64,000 bases of DNA from the human T2T-CHM13v2.0 reference genome, Homo sapiens, in assembly GCF_009914755.1 (NCBI RefSeq), contig NC_060941.1. One strand, 5' to 3'. Shown here piece by piece: positions 56,986 through 64,000 of the stretch. Below the pieces are notes generated by a model, which searched no databases, was not told the origin of the DNA, and was given only the letters and a program-made list of their open reading frames with translations. The translations under genes were made by a program, and so were the position numbers. Position 1 is the first letter of the stretch. Each line of letters opens with the position of its first letter.

Positions 56986-59900
56986 TCAAAAAAAGAAAAA
57001 AAAAAAGGATCATAAGAAAAGCTCGGGGACAGTAACCTTATTGTGAAGGATTTAGTAATACTACTCTTGTAATCATGGTGTTTCTGACGTAGCACAGGGC
57101 AGTGAAAAGAGAAACACTGAACTAAGTCAGAAGGCTGGGTTTCTACTACCAGTTGTGTATATAAGCAGAGCCACCTTGGGCTAACCACTTTACCTGAACC
57201 TCAGTTTCCTTCTCTGTCATTCACCCTGCCAGTCTCCTTGGGCTATTGCAAGAATAAAATTAAATGCTACTTGGGAAAATACTTCACAACCTGAGATGAC
57301 TTGTACCAATGTGGGTATTATTACTGGGACCAAATGTGACTTTAAAAAGAAAAACAACCTTGACAAAGAAAACTCTGATTGGTTACTAAATCCCTATTTC
57401 TGAGATAAGCTACATTTCAAAGAAATTCTCCGTAAAAGAAAAATTGGATTCAGTTATCATACCAGATGGCTTTCATTCTCACCACTGACTCAATTCTGAA
57501 ATAATTATATTTCAGTATGGTAATTATAATCTACACTATATAAACACACTGTAAACATAAACTGTGAACAGATGAAAACTCCAATATGTAAAAAGGTAAT
57601 GAATGTTGAAGGAAGACTGTGAAAAGGGAAAAGGAAAAAAATTAAAATGTTCCCCTTCTAGGTCCTGATGAGAGTAAATGTTTACTATAAAAATGATTCA
57701 AATATTTTAAACACTTTTCAAACCAGGCAATATTTTAGGCCTACTGTATATTTGCATTTTGAGCTTCCAATACGGATAAGTGACTGGAAAAAGCAGCTAG
57801 GTTTAGGTTGAAAAACAACAACCCACCGGGGAACACATTTTAGCAAATTCTTCTGAAAGTCAAAAATGTTACAGTCATAGGTAAAAAGTTACAAAGAACT
57901 ACCAATCGTCAGAAATAGCTGCCAATAGTGACTTAGAGTCCAGCAGAAGGAATTTTAGGTCAAGAAACCTAAAACAGGCTGAAAAACTTACCTACCCTAT
58001 AGCTACCACAAATAACACTGTTTCCAGTCATGATCAGGAATCACATATTAAGACATAACTGCAAATTGTGCTATACTGGGTACTGTATTAAAAGGAAGTG
58101 AAATATGGTCCCCATCCTAGAAGTTTCCATACATATGAGTCTAAAAAACCATTAAAAATTAATCTTAAGGCCTGGCGCGGAGGCTCACGCCTGTAATCCC
58201 AGCACTTTAGGAGGCCGAGGTGGGCAGATCACGAGGTCAGGAGATCAAGAACATCCTGACAACATGGTGAAACCCCGTCTCTACTAAGAATACAAAATTA
58301 GCTGGGCATGGTGGCACACGCCTGTAATCCTAGCTACTCAGGAGGCTCAGGCAGGAGAAGCACTTGAACCTGGGAGGTAGAAGTTGCAGTGAACCAAGAC
58401 GGCACCACTGTACTCCAGCCTGGGCAACAGAGCAAGAATCCATCTCAAAAATAAAAATTAAAAAAATCTGGGCGCAGTGGCTCACTCCTGTAATCCCAGC
58501 ACTTTGGGAGGCCGAGGCAGGCAGATCACCTGAGGCTGGGAGTTTGAGACCAGCCTGATCAACATGGAGACACCCCGTCTCTACTAAGAAATACAAAATT
58601 AGCTGGCTTGGTGGCGCATGCCTGTAATCCCAGCTACTCCGGAGGCTGAGGCAGGAGAATCACTTGAACCCAAGAGGTGGAGGTTGTGGTGAGCCGAGAT
58701 GTGCCATTGCACTCCAGCCTGGGCAACAAGAGCGAAACTCTGTCTCAAAAAAAAAAAAAAAAAATATTAATCTAACAGAAAATAGGAAAAAAGCAATGAA
58801 AAGCTAGAAAACATACAATAGTTGACTGAAAATAAAAATTTAGCATTAACTTTCATTCTTACATCTTTAATTTTTATGTATCTGAGTTTTTAATTGATGG
58901 TTTAATTTGCCATAATGAGAAAGAACATCCTATTTTTATGACTCTGTCCCATGGAAATGTAATGATAAATGGATCCAAATGCCACACTATTGAGGATTTT
59001 TTTGATCACTCTGATTGTCATGAGTAAGTTGTGCTTTTTCAAAAGCAGTTTTTTCCTACAATGTCATTTCCTGCTTCTCTGGCTCTGATTTTCAATGAAT
59101 TGATAAATTGTAAATCTTGTTTTCCTCTTGTTTTTGTTTAGCTAAAATGTTGAAGGGCAAGGGAGAGGATGGTTATTTATAAATCTTGTATCTCTCTGAA
59201 AACACAACTTGCATTTTCCTTAATCTGACTGACATGACTCCAAATATGAAAAACAACTTTCATAAAGCACAAAAGAAAATTTCCTTGAATTTACCCTTTT
59301 TTATTGTGGGTAAGAGGCAATAGGTATAAATTTTCAACTTATTTTTTGAATGTTACTCACTATTAACCACCATATTTTAAAAAATTAATTGAAGAACTAA
59401 TGTAGTTTATTATTTAATTTATTCAACAAATGTTTATTGAGTGGCAACTAGGTCCCAAGTACTGTTTTAACTACTGAATATACAGATGTACATAAACGAA
59501 ACAAAAATCTCTGCTGCCCTGGAGTTTACATTCTGTGGGACTAGAGATAAAGGATAGATACATTACATAGAAGGTCAGCTAGTAATAAGTGTTATGGAGA
59601 AGCAGCAGGAATGGAGGATAAAGTGTGTCTTGAGGGTGTTGTAACTTTAAATAGCGGTGTCTGGAAATGAAAAGGTGGTATTTCAATCAAGATTTTCAGA
59701 CCATGGCTGGGTGCAGAGGCTCATACCTGTAATCCCAGCACTTTGAGAGGCCAAGGTGGGTAGATCACTTGAGGTCAGGAGTTTGAGACCAGCGTGGCCA
59801 ACATGGCAAAACCCTATATCTACAAACACACACACAAACACACACACACAAATTAGCTGGGCATGGTGATGCACACCTGTAGTCCCTGCTACTCTGGAGG

Positions 59901-60055
59901 CTGAGGTGGGAGGATCGCTTGAGCCTGGCGAGGTTGAGGCTGCAGTGAGCTGTGATAGCACCACTGCACTCCAGCCTCTCGACAGAGATCCTGTATAAAA
60001 AAACCTCTGCATTTCACTGTATGTAAATTATACCTCGATTCAAAAACAAAATGTG

Positions 60056-60611
60056 GCCGGGCAGGGGGCTGACCCCCCCACCTCCCTCCGGGACGGGGCG
60101 GCTGGCCTGGCAGGGGCTGACCCCCACCTCCCTCCCGGACGGGGCGGCTGGCCTGGCGGGGGCTGACCCCCACCTCCCTCCCGGACGGGGTGGCTGCCGG
60201 GCGGAGACGCTCCTCACTTCCCAGACGGGGTGGCTGCCAGGCGGAGGGGCTCCTCACTTCTCAGACGGGGCGGTTGCCAGGTAGAGGGTCTCCTCACTTC
60301 TCAGACGGGGCGGCCGGGCAGAGACGCTCCTCACCTCCCAGACGGGGTCGCGGCCGGGCAGAGGCGCTCCTCACATCACAGATACTTGAAGGCAGCATGC
60401 TCGTTAAGAGTCATCACCACTCCCTAATCTCAAGTACCCAGGGACACAAACACTGCGGAAGGCCGCAGGGTCCTCTGCCTAGGAAAACCAGAGACCTTTG
60501 TTCACTTGTTTATCTGCTGACCTTCCCTCCACTATTGTCCTATGACCCTGCCAAATCCCCCTCTGCGAGAAACACCCAAGAATGATCAATTAAAAAAATA
60601 AAAAAATAAAT
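60056..60611 (+). mobile_element. 5'-truncated SVA with inverted VNTR segment (60056-~60375 antisense) and sense SINE-R 3' end with poly(A)
   Basis: SVA VNTR units in reverse, then ...AAACACCCAAGAATGATCAATTAAAAAAA; TSD AAATGTG (60049-60055 / 60612-60618). Confidence 0.9.
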
Positions 60612-60777
60612 AAATGTGAACAGTACAGTCCCCTTTTCCTTTTATAAATGAAGAAAAACAAAGGCTCACTCCAAGAGTCAGACTTGCTAAAGGCTTTGAT
60701 GATTTGCAGTATTCTTATTTAAATGTACAGAGCCAGCTTCAGAGGAAGGTTCTTCCAAAGACCTATCCCCTCCATGA

Positions 60778-64000
<3,223 letters not shown>

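Overview
This is human chr17q21: the 5' half of BRCA1 and its upstream segmental duplication. BRCA1 lies on the minus strand. Its exons are 1a (25903-26115), 1b (25369-25746), and coding exons 2, 3, 5, 6, 7 and 8 (legacy numbering, c.1-547, RING domain), all with GT-AG ends. It shares a bidirectional CpG-island promoter with the lncRNA NBR2 (plus strand, 5 exons, ~26190-41086). NBR2 is a mosaic of NBR1-derived exons, an Alu exon, an ARL17A-like exon and an L1/MER21 terminal exon. Further on are an HMGN1 processed pseudogene (45477-47449), a solo LTR7, and from ~53889 the duplicated BRCA1 intron 2 of the pseudogene BRCA1P1. That copy has independently gained an ERV1 solo LTR, a 5'-inverted SVA and a HERV-E (LTR2) provirus that runs off the window end. 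The window is extremely Alu-rich, and nearly all ORF-track entries are Alu or microsatellite artefacts. I find no evidence of a genuinely new biological system; this is a well-studied locus. The most useful observations come from aligning the two intron-2 paralogs by eye: exact 188-bp and 237-bp identity islands 37,057 bp apart, different Alu subfamilies at one paralogous site, and a templated-insertion deletion scar. A near-perfect 126-bp duplication in the LTR12 upstream of BRCA1 may be haplotype-specific. Gene, repeat-family and variant names are from recognition and memory, not database searches. Alu, MIR and L2 copies are listed only selectively.
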